NCBI GenBank assembly: GCA_045614145.1
Contig: JAZLCH010000011.1
Coordinates: 4,198-68,197 of the forward strand
Direction of reading: 5' to 3'
Source of the DNA: Candidatus Enterousia sp.
GTDB taxonomy: Bacteria > Pseudomonadota > Alphaproteobacteria > Rs-D84
Length of the DNA stretch: 64,000 nucleotides
The notes under the pieces were generated by a model. That model saw only the letters and a list, made by a program, of their open reading frames with translations. It searched no databases and was not told where the DNA came from. Below, piece after piece: positions 37,766 to 49,089 of the stretch (position 1 is its first letter; the number at the start of each line of letters is the position of its first letter). The position numbers and the translations under genes are program-made.

Positions 37766-37884
37766 GCGAATTTCGCACACCGGAACCAGGGCAGGGGGAA
37801 ACTGCCCTGTATTTTTTTACATCGGCATTGACAAATTGTAAACTTGTACTATAATATAATGTGAAATAAAAATAGAGGGGACAA

Positions 37885-38457
37885 ATGTCAAACCAGAAAA
37901 AGACGCCAATTACAGTGTTTCATATTTTAAAATCAATTATGGATGCCAAGGCGAAATCATCAGCAGAACAGGTTGATGCGGGTCGTCGTGCTGCGGCAGA
38001 ATTGCCCATAATGAAAGAGCATGTCATGGCCCTGCGTCAGGTTATTTCGAACTGTCGTACCTTTGACCCAATCGAACATCGCGAGGCAGAAGAAGACCTG
38101 GAAGATAAAGAATTGCAACTGGTTGGTGTTCAAAACAGAATTATACGTGGTCAACACGCCGAACAGGATTTAAAAATCATTCAACAATTTAATTCAAATT
38201 ACAATTCCGCGTGCAAGATTCATAAGAACGGGCCACGCATTCGTGAACTGCAAGAATTGATTGATGAATTGTGTGAACGTCAGTATTGTTTAGATGATAA
38301 AGTTGCAGCATGTGAAGTAAACATGGATTCCGCATCGCGTCTGCCAGAATTTGTGGAACAGGCCCATGCTGATTCTGCAAAATATCGCGAAGAATATAAC
38401 GAGCTGGAAAAACGCATGTCGAAAATCAAAGAACAAATAAATCAATTGACAAAATAA
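37885..38457 (+). CDS. hypothetical coiled-coil protein
   Basis: 190-aa ORF. Confidence 0.4.
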   Translation: MSNQKKTPITVFHILKSIMDAKAKSSAEQVDAGRRAAAELPIMKEHVMALRQVISNCRTFDPIEHREAEEDLEDKELQLVGVQNRIIRGQHAEQDLKIIQQFNSNYNSACKIHKNGPRIRELQELIDELCERQYCLDDKVAACEVNMDSASRLPEFVEQAHADSAKYREEYNELEKRMSKIKEQINQLTK

Positions 38458-38460
38458 AAG

Positions 38461-38484
38461 AACGCCCAACCGGGCGTTTTATTT
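38461..38484. terminator. intrinsic terminator
   Basis: aacgcccaaccgggcgtttt. Confidence 0.5.
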
Positions 38485-39723
38485 ACAAACCACAACATAT
38501 GGTGGGCGCGATTTTTCTGTGTCAATCCCATTTGGACCACAATCCATACAGTTAAATTTTCTGTTTTGTGAATGATGTGAATCCAACGGAACAGACATAT
38601 CTTTTATTGCATCCACCCGTGTAATGTATTTTTCATTCGGAAAACCAAAATAGAATGCACGCGAATTGCCGCTGCATTCGGTTGCGTCACCGGGATAGCA
38701 TCGTTTATCATTCACCTTGCTGGCATCAGGGATGCACCATGAATGGCATGTATCAATATCTGTCACCATAATTTCGCAATCTGTGCATGATGTTTGTGGA
38801 ACGCGCAATGTTGCCCCCAGCGCACCACCATAAACTGCATCACCAATCAAGTGGCCGCATTTTTTTACCGTATCGTCTTCATTTGGGGCGGCAACACATT
38901 CCCATTCCAATGTATTATAGTTCAGTCGTGCAATCATTTTATCTGGACAGCTTTTCTCTGGGAATGGATTAATACATTCCCAAACTTCATCGACAATAAC
39001 CGCAGATTGATTATCTGCACACAGTGGTTTTCTGGATTCGTCTGGCACACATTCGTATAAATCAGAATCCCACACCATATCCCCGCCACAGTCTGTCTTG
39101 GTATTGTACGTTATACATTGCCAGCGACCAAATTTATAAACCTTGGCTGTACCGACTGGGCATACAATATCAGGGGTTGTTGCAATCTCGTATTGTGTTC
39201 CAGTATCTGGCATTTCATACTGGGTCAGGTATACCACCTGTCCGTCTTCTAATTTCATATCATCGATAATTGCTGCGGGGACTGCGCGTCTTAAAACTGT
39301 GCCGCCTGACATAATCATTTTTTCATTAAACAATCCAAATGTGCCAGAATCAGCATAGTATTGTTCTAGTATTTCCATCATGCTGTTGTGTATAGACGAA
39401 TCCAATACGCCTGTTGCTGTGACGATATAGCTGAATGCGGGCTTTTTATTATTAACAATTGCACAATCTGTAATTTTAAATCTTTTGTCCAGGCATATAA
39501 ATTTACTGACGATGGCGTTTTGTTCGACGCATATATCATTAAATTCAGTATCATTAATCTGGGCGTTGTGAACCGCGGTTACGCACTGTGCGACAGAACG
39601 TAAATCAGATTGCATAACTGCATGCTGTGTTTCATGTTGTTTTATGCGTGTACTGGGGCTGTCAATCATATAGAATCCGGCCATAAACAGTGCGACCAAA
39701 ATCATTATAAAAATATTCATCAT
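38479..39723 (-). CDS. secreted/membrane-anchored Cys-rich hypothetical protein
   Basis: N-terminal TM/signal; many Cys. Confidence 0.45.
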   Translation of the reverse strand: MMNIFIMILVALFMAGFYMIDSPSTRIKQHETQHAVMQSDLRSVAQCVTAVHNAQINDTEFNDICVEQNAIVSKFICLDKRFKITDCAIVNNKKPAFSYIVTATGVLDSSIHNSMMEILEQYYADSGTFGLFNEKMIMSGGTVLRRAVPAAIIDDMKLEDGQVVYLTQYEMPDTGTQYEIATTPDIVCPVGTAKVYKFGRWQCITYNTKTDCGGDMVWDSDLYECVPDESRKPLCADNQSAVIVDEVWECINPFPEKSCPDKMIARLNYNTLEWECVAAPNEDDTVKKCGHLIGDAVYGGALGATLRVPQTSCTDCEIMVTDIDTCHSWCIPDASKVNDKRCYPGDATECSGNSRAFYFGFPNEKYITRVDAIKDMSVPLDSHHSQNRKFNCMDCGPNGIDTEKSRPPYVVVCK

Positions 39724-39793
39724 TCCCCCTTGCGATTTATAAAAAGTCTAGGTAATATACAAATAAAAAGCAACAGGAAAAACGGGTTATTAT

Positions 39794-40279
39794 ATGAAAA
39801 AGTTTTTAGTAATCATATCATTGCTGTTAGCATCTGCCTGTGGATTCAAGCCGATGTTTTCTGGCGCGGACACAGACATTTATGTATCGCCAATTTCTGG
39901 AATCAATGGGATTGATTTACGCAATGCATTGTGGGCCCGATTTGGTGGCCAGCATGAACCTGGGGCGACATACACATTGAACGTAAAATTGGATGCGCCT
40001 GTAACCCAGTACAAGGCGCTGGAAAGAACGGGTGACGCCACCTGGCAGGAAATATCCCTGACGGCATCTTATACCTTGTCGCACAATGACGTGCAGATTG
40101 CATCTGGCACAGAACGTGCGGCAGAATCGTATACATTTGTTCGCTATCTGGTTGCATCAAATGCGTCATACAATAATGCGGTTCAAAATGCGATACGTGT
40201 TTTGGCTGAAAAAATCAGCGCTCGTGCAATCGCAGAAACCTATAAACATTCACACGAAAATTCGGGTTCAGAAAAGTAA
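39794..40279 (+). CDS. lptE: LPS-assembly lipoprotein LptE-like
   Basis: lipobox LLASACGFKP; immediately upstream of holA (conserved lptE-holA order). Confidence 0.5.
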   Translation: MKKFLVIISLLLASACGFKPMFSGADTDIYVSPISGINGIDLRNALWARFGGQHEPGATYTLNVKLDAPVTQYKALERTGDATWQEISLTASYTLSHNDVQIASGTERAAESYTFVRYLVASNASYNNAVQNAIRVLAEKISARAIAETYKHSHENSGSEK

Positions 40280-41268
40280 TGAAGTGGCGTGATTCTGATT
40301 TTAAAGCAGGCGTTGAAAAAATTCGTGCTGTGTTAATTTACGGTCCAGATTCTGGCCAGATTGATGAATATTGTGAATCTGCGGTAAAGAAACTGGGTAT
40401 TGACAAGGATAATCTGCTGATGGTTGATTCAGATAACCTGCGCGAAAAGCAAGACCTAATTTATGCCGAGGCATGTACCCCATCAATGTTTGGCGGGCAA
40501 AAGATGGTAATAATATCTAATGCGGGTGATTCTGATTCGAAATTTATTGCCGATTTGGTATCACATGGCGGATTGTGTGCAACGGTGATTGTTTCTGGGG
40601 GGGACCTGCGTGCGGGTGGTGGTCTGCGCACCCTGTTCGAAGGCGCCGAAGACATGGCTGCATTGCCATGCTATATGGATGATGTCAAAACATTAACAAC
40701 GTTAATCAGGAATGAATTGTCTGCTGCATCTGGGATTCAGCAAATAACCCCAGATGCAATGGCGTACATGACCACGCATTTGGGCAGTGATCGTGGTATA
40801 ACCCGTGGTTTCCTGCGCAAGATTGCGCTGTATGTTGACGACAAACGTGTGGTTGAACTGGCTGATGTTGAAAAATGCCTGCCTGATACGGGTGCCGCAG
40901 ATATTGATGATTTTTTGTATTCATTGACGGCGGGACTTATTCAACAAACAATGATGGCGTTGGACAGATTGCTGTACGACAACAAGGATCCAAATATGTT
41001 GGTACGCATGCTGGACGGTCATTTCAAGAAGCTGCAAAACGCCGTTGTTAACGGTCAATTACCCCGCCTGTTTTGGAAGGTAGAAGAGAAATTTAAAATC
41101 GCTATAAAGATATGGCCTGAATCTGAAATAACAGCTGTCCTTATGCGTCTGAATGAATTAGAGCGTCAATTACGCACGACCGGCATGCCAGGCGAGGTTT
41201 TATTGCGTGACTTTGCATTAAAGTTGGCTGTACGTTCGGCAAAACTGGCTACAAAACGAAGGAAATAA
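40279..41268 (+). CDS. holA: DNA polymerase III delta subunit
   Basis: size, N-terminal AVLIYGPDSG pattern, synteny with lptE. Confidence 0.6.
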   Translation: MKWRDSDFKAGVEKIRAVLIYGPDSGQIDEYCESAVKKLGIDKDNLLMVDSDNLREKQDLIYAEACTPSMFGGQKMVIISNAGDSDSKFIADLVSHGGLCATVIVSGGDLRAGGGLRTLFEGAEDMAALPCYMDDVKTLTTLIRNELSAASGIQQITPDAMAYMTTHLGSDRGITRGFLRKIALYVDDKRVVELADVEKCLPDTGAADIDDFLYSLTAGLIQQTMMALDRLLYDNKDPNMLVRMLDGHFKKLQNAVVNGQLPRLFWKVEEKFKIAIKIWPESEITAVLMRLNELERQLRTTGMPGEVLLRDFALKLAVRSAKLATKRRK

Positions 41269-41271
41269 AAA

Positions 41272-42033
41272 ATGTTATCATCTGTATACGCCCCAAAGGA
41301 TTTTAAGCGTCTGCGTGCTGCGGGCGATGTTGTTGCGCGTTGTTTTGATTTTATATCACCGCACATTCGCGCAGGCATTTCCACAGGGGAAATAGACAGG
41401 ATGGTTGCTGCGTTTCTAAAAGAAAACGGTGCGCGTTCATCTGATTTAGGGTACCAGGGATATCCCAAGCATATTTGTACATCTGTAAACGACGTTATTG
41501 TTCACGGCATCCCCAGTGACGATGTTATTCTGAAAGATGGTGATATTGTTAATGTTGATTTGACCGCAGAATACAAAGGTTTCCATGGTGATGCATCACG
41601 AATGTTTACAATTGGCCGTGTCAGCCCCCAGGCGCAGAAATTGGTTAACGTGTGTCAGGATGCATTGAATGCGGCGATTTCGATTTGTGCGCCTGGTGTG
41701 CCGTTATCTGAAATCGGTAAAACCATAGAATCAGTTGTAACCCCGCACGGTTTTTCAATCTCGCGCGATTTTGTTGGCCATGGTATTGGCAAGGTTATGC
41801 ATGATGACCCACAAATTTATCATTTTTATGACAAACGTTGGGATCGGGTAAAAATGGTACCTGGCCTGGTATTTACGATAGAACCAATGATAAACACAGG
41901 TTCGCCTGAATGCAAAATTGATGCAGATGGTTGGACAGCGCGCACGATTGATGGTGGTCTATCTGCCCAATGGGAACACACAATCGGCATTACCGAAGAT
42001 GGCGCGATAATATTTACTGAAAAAATGGTCTAG
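41272..42033 (+). CDS. map: methionine aminopeptidase type I
   Basis: CTSVNDVIVHGIPS, VNVD, FVGHGIG motifs. Confidence 0.85.
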   Translation: MLSSVYAPKDFKRLRAAGDVVARCFDFISPHIRAGISTGEIDRMVAAFLKENGARSSDLGYQGYPKHICTSVNDVIVHGIPSDDVILKDGDIVNVDLTAEYKGFHGDASRMFTIGRVSPQAQKLVNVCQDALNAAISICAPGVPLSEIGKTIESVVTPHGFSISRDFVGHGIGKVMHDDPQIYHFYDKRWDRVKMVPGLVFTIEPMINTGSPECKIDADGWTARTIDGGLSAQWEHTIGITEDGAIIFTEKMV

Positions 42034-42042
42034 GAAATATCC

Positions 42043-42744
42043 ATGCCAAAAGCCAACGAACTTTTTCACAGTGGTCACCGTGAACGGTTAAAACAAAAAT
42101 TACTGGACGGTAAATTGGCTGGATATGAAAAATTGGAACTGCTGTTAACCTATGCGATTCCGCGACGTGACGTTCGTCCGCTGGCGCGCAGCTTGATTCA
42201 GCATTTTGGTGGCATTTATTTTGTTTTATGTGCGCCATACGAAGAATTAGTTCGTGTTCCTGGCGTTGGACCGGGTGTTGCAACTATAATAAAATTATTT
42301 AATGAATTATCACTGGTGTCATACAAAGAACGTGCCGAAACAGGTGATTATTTATACGACGATAAATTTGTTCGCGATTATTGTCGCGAATTGGTTTCTG
42401 GTCACCCGAACGAAGAATTTCATATCTTGTATCTGGACGGGAACAGGCGTCTGATAAAACATGAAATGCATAATCGCGGAACCTTTAATCAGGCCGACGT
42501 CTACCCGCGCGAGGTTGCGCGCCGTGCATTAAGCCTGAATGCAGTCAGCATTATATTAGTGCATAATCATCCTGTCTCAGACAACAGTTTTTCATCTGAC
42601 GACATCAATACAACATCATTGGTCGAAGAATGTTTGAACATGTTTGGTATTGCACTGGTTGATCATTATGTTGTTGCGTCAAATGGTGTTGTTCATTCTA
42701 TGCGTGCATCGCCATTTTTTAACAAATCATCATTTTTCAAATAA
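42043..42744 (+). CDS. RadC-family JAMM/MPN protein
   Basis: HNHPVS motif, HhH N-terminal region. Confidence 0.8.
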   Translation: MPKANELFHSGHRERLKQKLLDGKLAGYEKLELLLTYAIPRRDVRPLARSLIQHFGGIYFVLCAPYEELVRVPGVGPGVATIIKLFNELSLVSYKERAETGDYLYDDKFVRDYCRELVSGHPNEEFHILYLDGNRRLIKHEMHNRGTFNQADVYPREVARRALSLNAVSIILVHNHPVSDNSFSSDDINTTSLVEECLNMFGIALVDHYVVASNGVVHSMRASPFFNKSSFFK

Positions 42745-43344
42745 TTCTGCAACGTCACAAACCGTACCCATTTCTTCTGGTGTGCCTGCAACCATCTTAT
42801 TATCTTTCAGTGTGTAAACAGTACGTGTTGCCATGCTGGGGGCGTCCCAAGAATCGCGCCACGGGCGAGAAATTTTTACAACCTGAAATTTTGGTTTAAA
42901 ATGAAATTGTAATTGTTGCAATGCGCATTCTGCGCCAACTGTTGTGCGGAATCCGTTTGGGGTTATATTTTTATATCGACCATTTTGATTAATTTCGATT
43001 TTATATTCGTCCCAGAAGTGTGCGGTACCACTTTCGTGTCTTTCTTTTGTTATTCTATCTGGGATATCGTCATCATTTAAATCTATATCAAAAACTTCTG
43101 TTTTTACCACGCCTGCACCTGTTTCATCAGGTTCATCTGTTTTAATGGAATTTGCCATCCTCAGGCCATCTGTAAAGACGTATGTATTTTTCTGTGGCAT
43201 ATTAAATTCCCCAGATACTTTTGCCATATGTGCTGTATTGTGTGGTGATTGACGTATCCACAATATATACCCCAGGCCACACAATGCTGCAATCAAAACA
43301 GTCAGTGTCAAATTCAGTGCAATTCCACCGTGTTCAGATTTCAT
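42730..43344 (-). CDS. hypothetical membrane-anchored protein
   Basis: N-terminal TM helix. Confidence 0.4.
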   Translation of the reverse strand: MKSEHGGIALNLTLTVLIAALCGLGYILWIRQSPHNTAHMAKVSGEFNMPQKNTYVFTDGLRMANSIKTDEPDETGAGVVKTEVFDIDLNDDDIPDRITKERHESGTAHFWDEYKIEINQNGRYKNITPNGFRTTVGAECALQQLQFHFKPKFQVVKISRPWRDSWDAPSMATRTVYTLKDNKMVAGTPEEMGTVCDVAELFEK

Positions 43345-43347
43345 GTT

Positions 43348-44370
43348 TTATATCCTTTGTGTTGTTCCTTCGCGCCAGCCTTCGATTTGTCGTATTGCCT
43401 TGGCGACCTGCGTCAATTCGGCTGCAGACAGGTCCGCCATTCTTTTGTTTATAGATAATCCGGTCAGTCTTTCTATATTTCTGTGATATGCTGCCGTATC
43501 ATTTTCGGATGGCGGTGCATACCGGCTGATTGCGCCGGCCACGGTCAGTTTATTATAACTGTCTGTGCGCAACAGCGCCTCGATTGCGTACATACCTGTT
43601 GCTTCGTCTGGAAAGACGGCAAAGTTGCCTGCCTGGCCAATTGCGCCAACCCTTTGCGAGAATTTAGAATATCTTATATTGCCTGGGTTAGAATTGCGCC
43701 ATGCGCGTGTTCCGCCGCTGCGTTTTACGCGACTGCCGTCAGGCATAATGTATATAACATCTTTTCCTGATTCCGTCGCCGATATTGCCAGGCTGGCCAC
43801 ATTAACTGTGGCAGTTGCTGGTTTTGATTCTGCATTTGGTGTTGTTGTGACCGTTTGTGCAACATCGACGGATACGATTTCTGTTGTTAACTGTGGAACA
43901 GGTTGTTCGTTTTTTATTATTGCGCCAGAATCTTGTATTACCAGGTTTTCATACAATTTATTTGGGTCGTGTTTTGCCAGCACAGAATATCGGCGTTCCA
44001 GCAACTCTTGAATCTGGTCATACGATACCGCAATTGTGCGACATGCGCGCGCGAATAAATCTTCCCCATAAACCAGATTTAAAACAGGCTTAACCAGTGC
44101 CAATCCTCCAAATATTAAAATCAGGTTGCGCATATTAACTAATATGTTGTCATACTTGGCCCCGCGTATCATTGATATCGCCCACCCAAATATTAACAGC
44201 CCTGTAAAAAAAACAATTGCAATCCATGCATATTCGATAAATGTTTCAAATGCGCGCAATATGCACGCCGGATCTTCCATATAGATAAATTCCGAATCCG
44301 CACGCAGGTTGTGGAATCCGGAATTTTTCAATAATCTAAAAGCGTCTGCCAGAAACTGACTTGTCTCCAT
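43348..44370 (-). CDS. membrane protein with conserved C-terminal domain (GTRAWRNSNPGN..RY...FAVF...RYAPP.END)
   Basis: shares about 130-aa C-terminal domain with ORF 45974-46585. Confidence 0.45.
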   Translation of the reverse strand: METSQFLADAFRLLKNSGFHNLRADSEFIYMEDPACILRAFETFIEYAWIAIVFFTGLLIFGWAISMIRGAKYDNILVNMRNLILIFGGLALVKPVLNLVYGEDLFARACRTIAVSYDQIQELLERRYSVLAKHDPNKLYENLVIQDSGAIIKNEQPVPQLTTEIVSVDVAQTVTTTPNAESKPATATVNVASLAISATESGKDVIYIMPDGSRVKRSGGTRAWRNSNPGNIRYSKFSQRVGAIGQAGNFAVFPDEATGMYAIEALLRTDSYNKLTVAGAISRYAPPSENDTAAYHRNIERLTGLSINKRMADLSAAELTQVAKAIRQIEGWREGTTQRI

Positions 44371-44372
44371 CG

Positions 44373-45377
44373 CTATGCGCCTTGCTTTTTTGCTCCTGTA
44401 AAGAACCCAGGCATTGTAAAGTCATCGTCATTTGCGGCGATTCCTGCCCAACCAAACAGGTCGCCCATTAAACCGCCATCATCACGTTTTGCCTTTTTAA
44501 ACGGCAGAATATTTTTCAGTTTTCCAATTTTACCCTGGGGTTCTGTCTTGGCAGATGTTGTAACAATATTTTCTTCATTTTCTGCAAATTCAGACGCCAG
44601 TTGTGCCAATGTTGCATCGGTATCGTTTGTATCCATATCAAATGTTTCTGGTGTGTCGTCATCCAAGAAATTTTGAGTGCTGTGTTCTATATCCTCGCGC
44701 AGGGGGGTCATGATTTCCAACAACTGTTCCAGTGTTTTTTCTTCGTGTGCAACCGGTGCTTCATCAACCATATCGCCAATTGATATTTTTTCTACATTCT
44801 GAATTACCTGTGCCGCATCATCAACAGTATTTACATTAATGTCGTCATCCTGTCCAGAATTTGCTGTGACAGATTCTTCTGTCGCTGTAGCCTGTTCTGT
44901 TGCAATAATTTCTTCGTGTGTTTCTGTATTTGTAAAATCAGCTGTTGCATCAGATTCTGGTTCTGTATTTTGATTGACCGCCAATACTGACAAAATTGGG
45001 ATGAATTTTTCTTCTGTATCTTGATTGATTGTATCTGTGGTATCAGCAATATCATTAATTTCTGGCGCATTATCCGTTGTTTCTGTGACAAATTCTTCAC
45101 AAACTGTTGGTTCTTCGACTGTCTGCGGATGAATTTGCGGTGTTTCAATAACCTGAACAGCAATTTCTTCATCTTCTATTGTCTCACAGACCGCCTTGGC
45201 CTGCGGCGTGTCGATTGTTTCGCTTGATTCCAGTACGTTATCGCTGTCAACTGGCACCCCGAACAGAACAGTGTCATTATCCAACCCCAGCGCGCTGCGC
45301 ACTTCATCAAAAGCAGCACGAATCTCAGACATTTCAAACACTTCGTTCCCAGAAATATAGATTATTTTAGTTTTCAT
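44373..45377 (-). CDS. highly acidic low-complexity protein
   Basis: 334 aa rich in D/E/T; structured N- and C-termini. Confidence 0.45.
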   Translation of the reverse strand: MKTKIIYISGNEVFEMSEIRAAFDEVRSALGLDNDTVLFGVPVDSDNVLESSETIDTPQAKAVCETIEDEEIAVQVIETPQIHPQTVEEPTVCEEFVTETTDNAPEINDIADTTDTINQDTEEKFIPILSVLAVNQNTEPESDATADFTNTETHEEIIATEQATATEESVTANSGQDDDINVNTVDDAAQVIQNVEKISIGDMVDEAPVAHEEKTLEQLLEIMTPLREDIEHSTQNFLDDDTPETFDMDTNDTDATLAQLASEFAENEENIVTTSAKTEPQGKIGKLKNILPFKKAKRDDGGLMGDLFGWAGIAANDDDFTMPGFFTGAKKQGA

Positions 45378-45460
45378 TTAAATCATCCCCCACAATACGT
45401 GACCCCATTATATCACATTTTAGGGTTGAACGCATGTAAAAAATATCTTAAACTACAAAC

Positions 45461-45673
45461 ATGGCAGATTTAAAACAACAAATATTCCAAGAATTGTCTC
45501 ATCTGGAAGAGGCGGCGGCCCGACTGCGTGGCACAGCAATCCACGCAGGCAAGCAGACGGATTTAGAGGTGGCAATATTGACCGAACAGGTACGTTCCCT
45601 GCGCGATAAAAACGCGCGTGCCACAGATATGATTGACAGGTCTATAAGTATACTAAAGAAGTTAAAGAAATGA
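45461..45673 (+). CDS. small hypothetical coiled-coil protein
   Basis: 70 aa, overlaps next ORF (ATGA). Confidence 0.3.
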   Translation: MADLKQQIFQELSHLEEAAARLRGTAIHAGKQTDLEVAILTEQVRSLRDKNARATDMIDRSISILKKLKK

Positions 45674-45945
45674 GTGTTGTTTCCATACCAATCGTAAATA
45701 AAAATTACCCCATGGGGTGCGAAGACGGGCAAGAGGCGCGTCTGATTGAACTTGGGCGAATGGTAGACAGTCGTGCCCGTCAAATATTGGATAAAATCGG
45801 CCCATTGCCAGAAAGTGCGCTGTTGGCAACATTATGTATTGTCTTGGCAGATGAAATCCAAGGGCGTCCTGCGCCCGTCGCGACCGAGGCTGATTTGCGC
45901 GAGATTTTAGCGCGTATTCGTGAAATAAAGCACAAGATTTCCTAA
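45670..45945 (+). CDS. small hypothetical protein
   Basis: 91 aa, followed by terminator. Confidence 0.3.
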   Translation: MSVVSIPIVNKNYPMGCEDGQEARLIELGRMVDSRARQILDKIGPLPESALLATLCIVLADEIQGRPAPVATEADLREILARIREIKHKIS

Positions 45946-45947
45946 TA

Positions 45948-45972
45948 AAAACCGCCGTTTGGTGGTTTTTTT
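45948..45972. terminator. bidirectional intrinsic terminator
   Basis: aaaaaccgccgtttggtggttttttt. Confidence 0.55.
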
Positions 45973-45973
45973 A

Positions 45974-46585
45974 TTAGATTGTTTTTTGTTTCGTTGTGTT
46001 TGGTGCAAATGATTTTATTTCCGTGCCCGCTTTCCAGCCTTCTAATACACAAATTGCATCCATAACTTTCTTTATTTGCTCGTGATTCAGGCTGTCGATT
46101 TTTGTTTCAATATCCAGGCATGTCATTTTTTGTAACTGCTTTTTGTAACTTTGGGTATCGTTTTCATGTGGCGGCGCATATCTCATTATTGCGTCGGCGA
46201 TGCTTAAATTTTTATATGTGTCTGATTTCAATAATCCGTGCAATGCTTGCATACCTGTTTCTTTGTCTGGAAACACCGCAAATCCACCTGCGTGACCGAT
46301 TGCGCCATCCTTGCGTGTTTTTTCTGTGTACCTCAGGTTCCCAGGGTTAGAATTGCGCCATGCGCGTGTACCGCCCTTACGTGTTATCTGAGTGCTGTCA
46401 TCAAATATGTATATCACATCGTATCCAGATTCACGGGTATATTCGACGATAGGTGTTTTTTGTTCTTCTGTACGTGGCTGATTATTGGCGGGTATAAAAT
46501 CATATGTGTTTTTTTCTGCGGTCTTGCCGGGTATTGCTGCCATGATACAAAAAATATACGGCATTGAAATTTTAAACCTCATCAT
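45974..46585 (-). CDS. secreted protein, paralog sharing the GTRAWRNSNPGN..RY C-terminal domain
   Basis: signal peptide; conserved domain as in 43348-44370. Confidence 0.45.
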   Translation of the reverse strand: MMRFKISMPYIFCIMAAIPGKTAEKNTYDFIPANNQPRTEEQKTPIVEYTRESGYDVIYIFDDSTQITRKGGTRAWRNSNPGNLRYTEKTRKDGAIGHAGGFAVFPDKETGMQALHGLLKSDTYKNLSIADAIMRYAPPHENDTQSYKKQLQKMTCLDIETKIDSLNHEQIKKVMDAICVLEGWKAGTEIKSFAPNTTKQKTI

Positions 46586-46857
46586 TTTATCCTTTTTTCA
46601 ATCAAAACACGCACAAAACATTGGCGTCTTTGCGTCTGTCGTTTGTTATTATGTTTTTTTGATTGGTTCATCGTGCAGTAAAATCCGCGATGTACATTCA
46701 GACAGTTTGATGAATCAAATGCCCCGACTTGCCATTGTTTTTCTCTCGGCAGCCCGCCCCAATTTACAGGGGAACCAAAGTCGTGCAAATAATATATTAA
46801 AAATTATTGCGTATCAAGTTTTTTTTATATAGAAAATCCCCACCTAGGGGGACTTTC

Positions 46858-49089
46858 TTATTTGGTAAATTTTCCACTGCGTGGGAATCCAACTGGAACC
46901 GTTCGGCCTTGGGATGCGCGTTTCCCGCGCCATGGTGTCCAATTATCCATTTTTGTTGTCCCACGACCTGTTGTCCAGCCGAAGCCATCCGCTTCGTCAA
47001 AGAACATGATGTCCAGAACATATGTGCGTTCTGCATTATATTTTTGCAGTATAACACCCTTGCCGCGTGACATTTGTGGAACTTCATCTGTTTGGAATAT
47101 CAGCAGTTTATCGTTCGACCCCGACATTGCAATCATGTTTCCTGAAACGGGTACGCACATGTGTGCCGGATTCTTTGCATCAACATTCATAACTTGTTTC
47201 CCGTTCTTAGTTTGTGCAATACATGCATCTCCTGGGATAATAAAACCGTTTCCGTGACGCGATACAACCAAATATTTTGCATTAACATCCAACACAAATG
47301 CGCAAACGATTTCTTCGTCTGCACCAATATCTGCCATCATTCGCACAGATTCGCCAAATCCACGTGCCGACGGCAATTCGTTCGCGGACAATGTGAACAT
47401 TTTGCCCATTGTTGCGAACAAATTGATTTTATCAGTGGACTGTGCATGGAATGCTGTTTGCAGTTCGTCGCCTTCTTTGAATTTTAAATCCAGTGCATTC
47501 AGGTCCATATGCCCCTTGGCGGCACGAATCCAGCCCATTTTTGACAGTATGATTGTCATTGGTTCTTTTTCGATGAATTCATCGGCGTTCACAACGATTT
47601 CTTCGGTCTGTTCTGCCCAGGTTGTACGACGTTTCCCCAGTTTTGTTTTTTTGTCATATGTCTTTTTGATATCATTGAACCATGCTTTTAATTGTTCGTT
47701 TTGTGCATCATCGCTGGCCAACAGTGCCTGCAGTTGTTCTTGCTCGGCCCGCAGTTCTGCATCTTCACGTTTAATTTCCATTTCTTCCAGTTTTCGTAAC
47801 GAACGCAGGCGGGTGTTCAAGATAGCTTCTACCTGAACTTCGGTTAAATTAAATTCTGCCATCAGTACGCCCTTGGCGTCGTCTTCGTTGCGGATAATTT
47901 CAATAACACGATCCAGATTTAAATATACAACCAATAAACCGCCCAGTATTTCCAGCCTTCGTGTAATATTGGTCAAACGCCACTGGGTGCGGCGACACAA
48001 AACGCTTTTCTGATGTGCGACAAATTCACGCAACACATCGCCAATTGGCATAACGCGTGGTGCACCCTTGGAATCGATAACGTTAAAGTTCATGTTGAAA
48101 CGCGATTCCAAATCCGTCAATGCGAACAAATGCGCCATCATTTTGTCTGCAGGGATATTGCGTGATTTTGGTGTGATGACAATACGAACGTCTGTTGTAG
48201 ATTCATCGACAATGTCATCAACCAACGGTAATTTTTTGCTGTCAATCAATGTTGCAATTTGTTCGACCAGTTTTGATTTAACGATTCCGTATGGAATTTC
48301 AGAAACCACGACCTGCCATGCGCCGCGTTCTAATTCTTCGATTTCCCATCGCGCACGAACACGAAATGCGCCGCGTCCTGTATCATAGTTTTTAACGATT
48401 ACATCAAAACTGTCAATCAGCACACCGCCCGTTGGAAAGTCGGGGCCAACCATTTTTTTCATAATTTGCGCGGTTGTTGCGTCTGGCCTGTCTACAATCA
48501 GGTTCAGTGCATCACAAACCTCGGCTACATTGTGTGTTGGAATGTTTGTTGCCATACCGACGGCGATACCCATTCCGCCATTCGCCAACAGGTTTGGAAA
48601 TGCGCCTGGCATAACCATTGGTTCAACTGTTGTGCCGTCAAAGTTCGGCATCATGTCCACACTGTTTTCGTCTAAGCCTTCCATAATCAGCATGGCGGCT
48701 TCGGTCATCTTGGATTCTGTGTAACGATATGCAGCCTGGGGGTCACCGTCGATATTGCCGAAATTTCCTTGGCCGTCAATCAGTGGGTAACGCACAGAAA
48801 AATCCTGGGCCAGACGTACCATTGCATCGTAAACAGAACTGTCACCGTGTGGATGATAATGGCCCAATACATCACCGACCACCGTTGCGCACTTGCGAAA
48901 TGCGGCGTTTGGTGCCAATTTCTGGCGTAACATAGAATACAGGATTCTGCGGTGTACCGGTTTCAGTCCATCGCGAACGTCGGGCAGGGCGCGCGAAACA
49001 ATCGTGCTGACTGCATAAGATAGATAGCGTTCTGACAGTGCGTCAGACAACTGTTGTGAATCAATATTTTCGATAACTTCCTTACTCAT
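46858..49089 (-). CDS. parC: type IIA topoisomerase subunit A, probably topoisomerase IV ParC
   Basis: N-terminal [20 protein letters not shown]; 743 aa (short for GyrA). Confidence 0.75.
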   Translation of the reverse strand: MSKEVIENIDSQQLSDALSERYLSYAVSTIVSRALPDVRDGLKPVHRRILYSMLRQKLAPNAAFRKCATVVGDVLGHYHPHGDSSVYDAMVRLAQDFSVRYPLIDGQGNFGNIDGDPQAAYRYTESKMTEAAMLIMEGLDENSVDMMPNFDGTTVEPMVMPGAFPNLLANGGMGIAVGMATNIPTHNVAEVCDALNLIVDRPDATTAQIMKKMVGPDFPTGGVLIDSFDVIVKNYDTGRGAFRVRARWEIEELERGAWQVVVSEIPYGIVKSKLVEQIATLIDSKKLPLVDDIVDESTTDVRIVITPKSRNIPADKMMAHLFALTDLESRFNMNFNVIDSKGAPRVMPIGDVLREFVAHQKSVLCRRTQWRLTNITRRLEILGGLLVVYLNLDRVIEIIRNEDDAKGVLMAEFNLTEVQVEAILNTRLRSLRKLEEMEIKREDAELRAEQEQLQALLASDDAQNEQLKAWFNDIKKTYDKKTKLGKRRTTWAEQTEEIVVNADEFIEKEPMTIILSKMGWIRAAKGHMDLNALDLKFKEGDELQTAFHAQSTDKINLFATMGKMFTLSANELPSARGFGESVRMMADIGADEEIVCAFVLDVNAKYLVVSRHGNGFIIPGDACIAQTKNGKQVMNVDAKNPAHMCVPVSGNMIAMSGSNDKLLIFQTDEVPQMSRGKGVILQKYNAERTYVLDIMFFDEADGFGWTTGRGTTKMDNWTPWRGKRASQGRTVPVGFPRSGKFTK

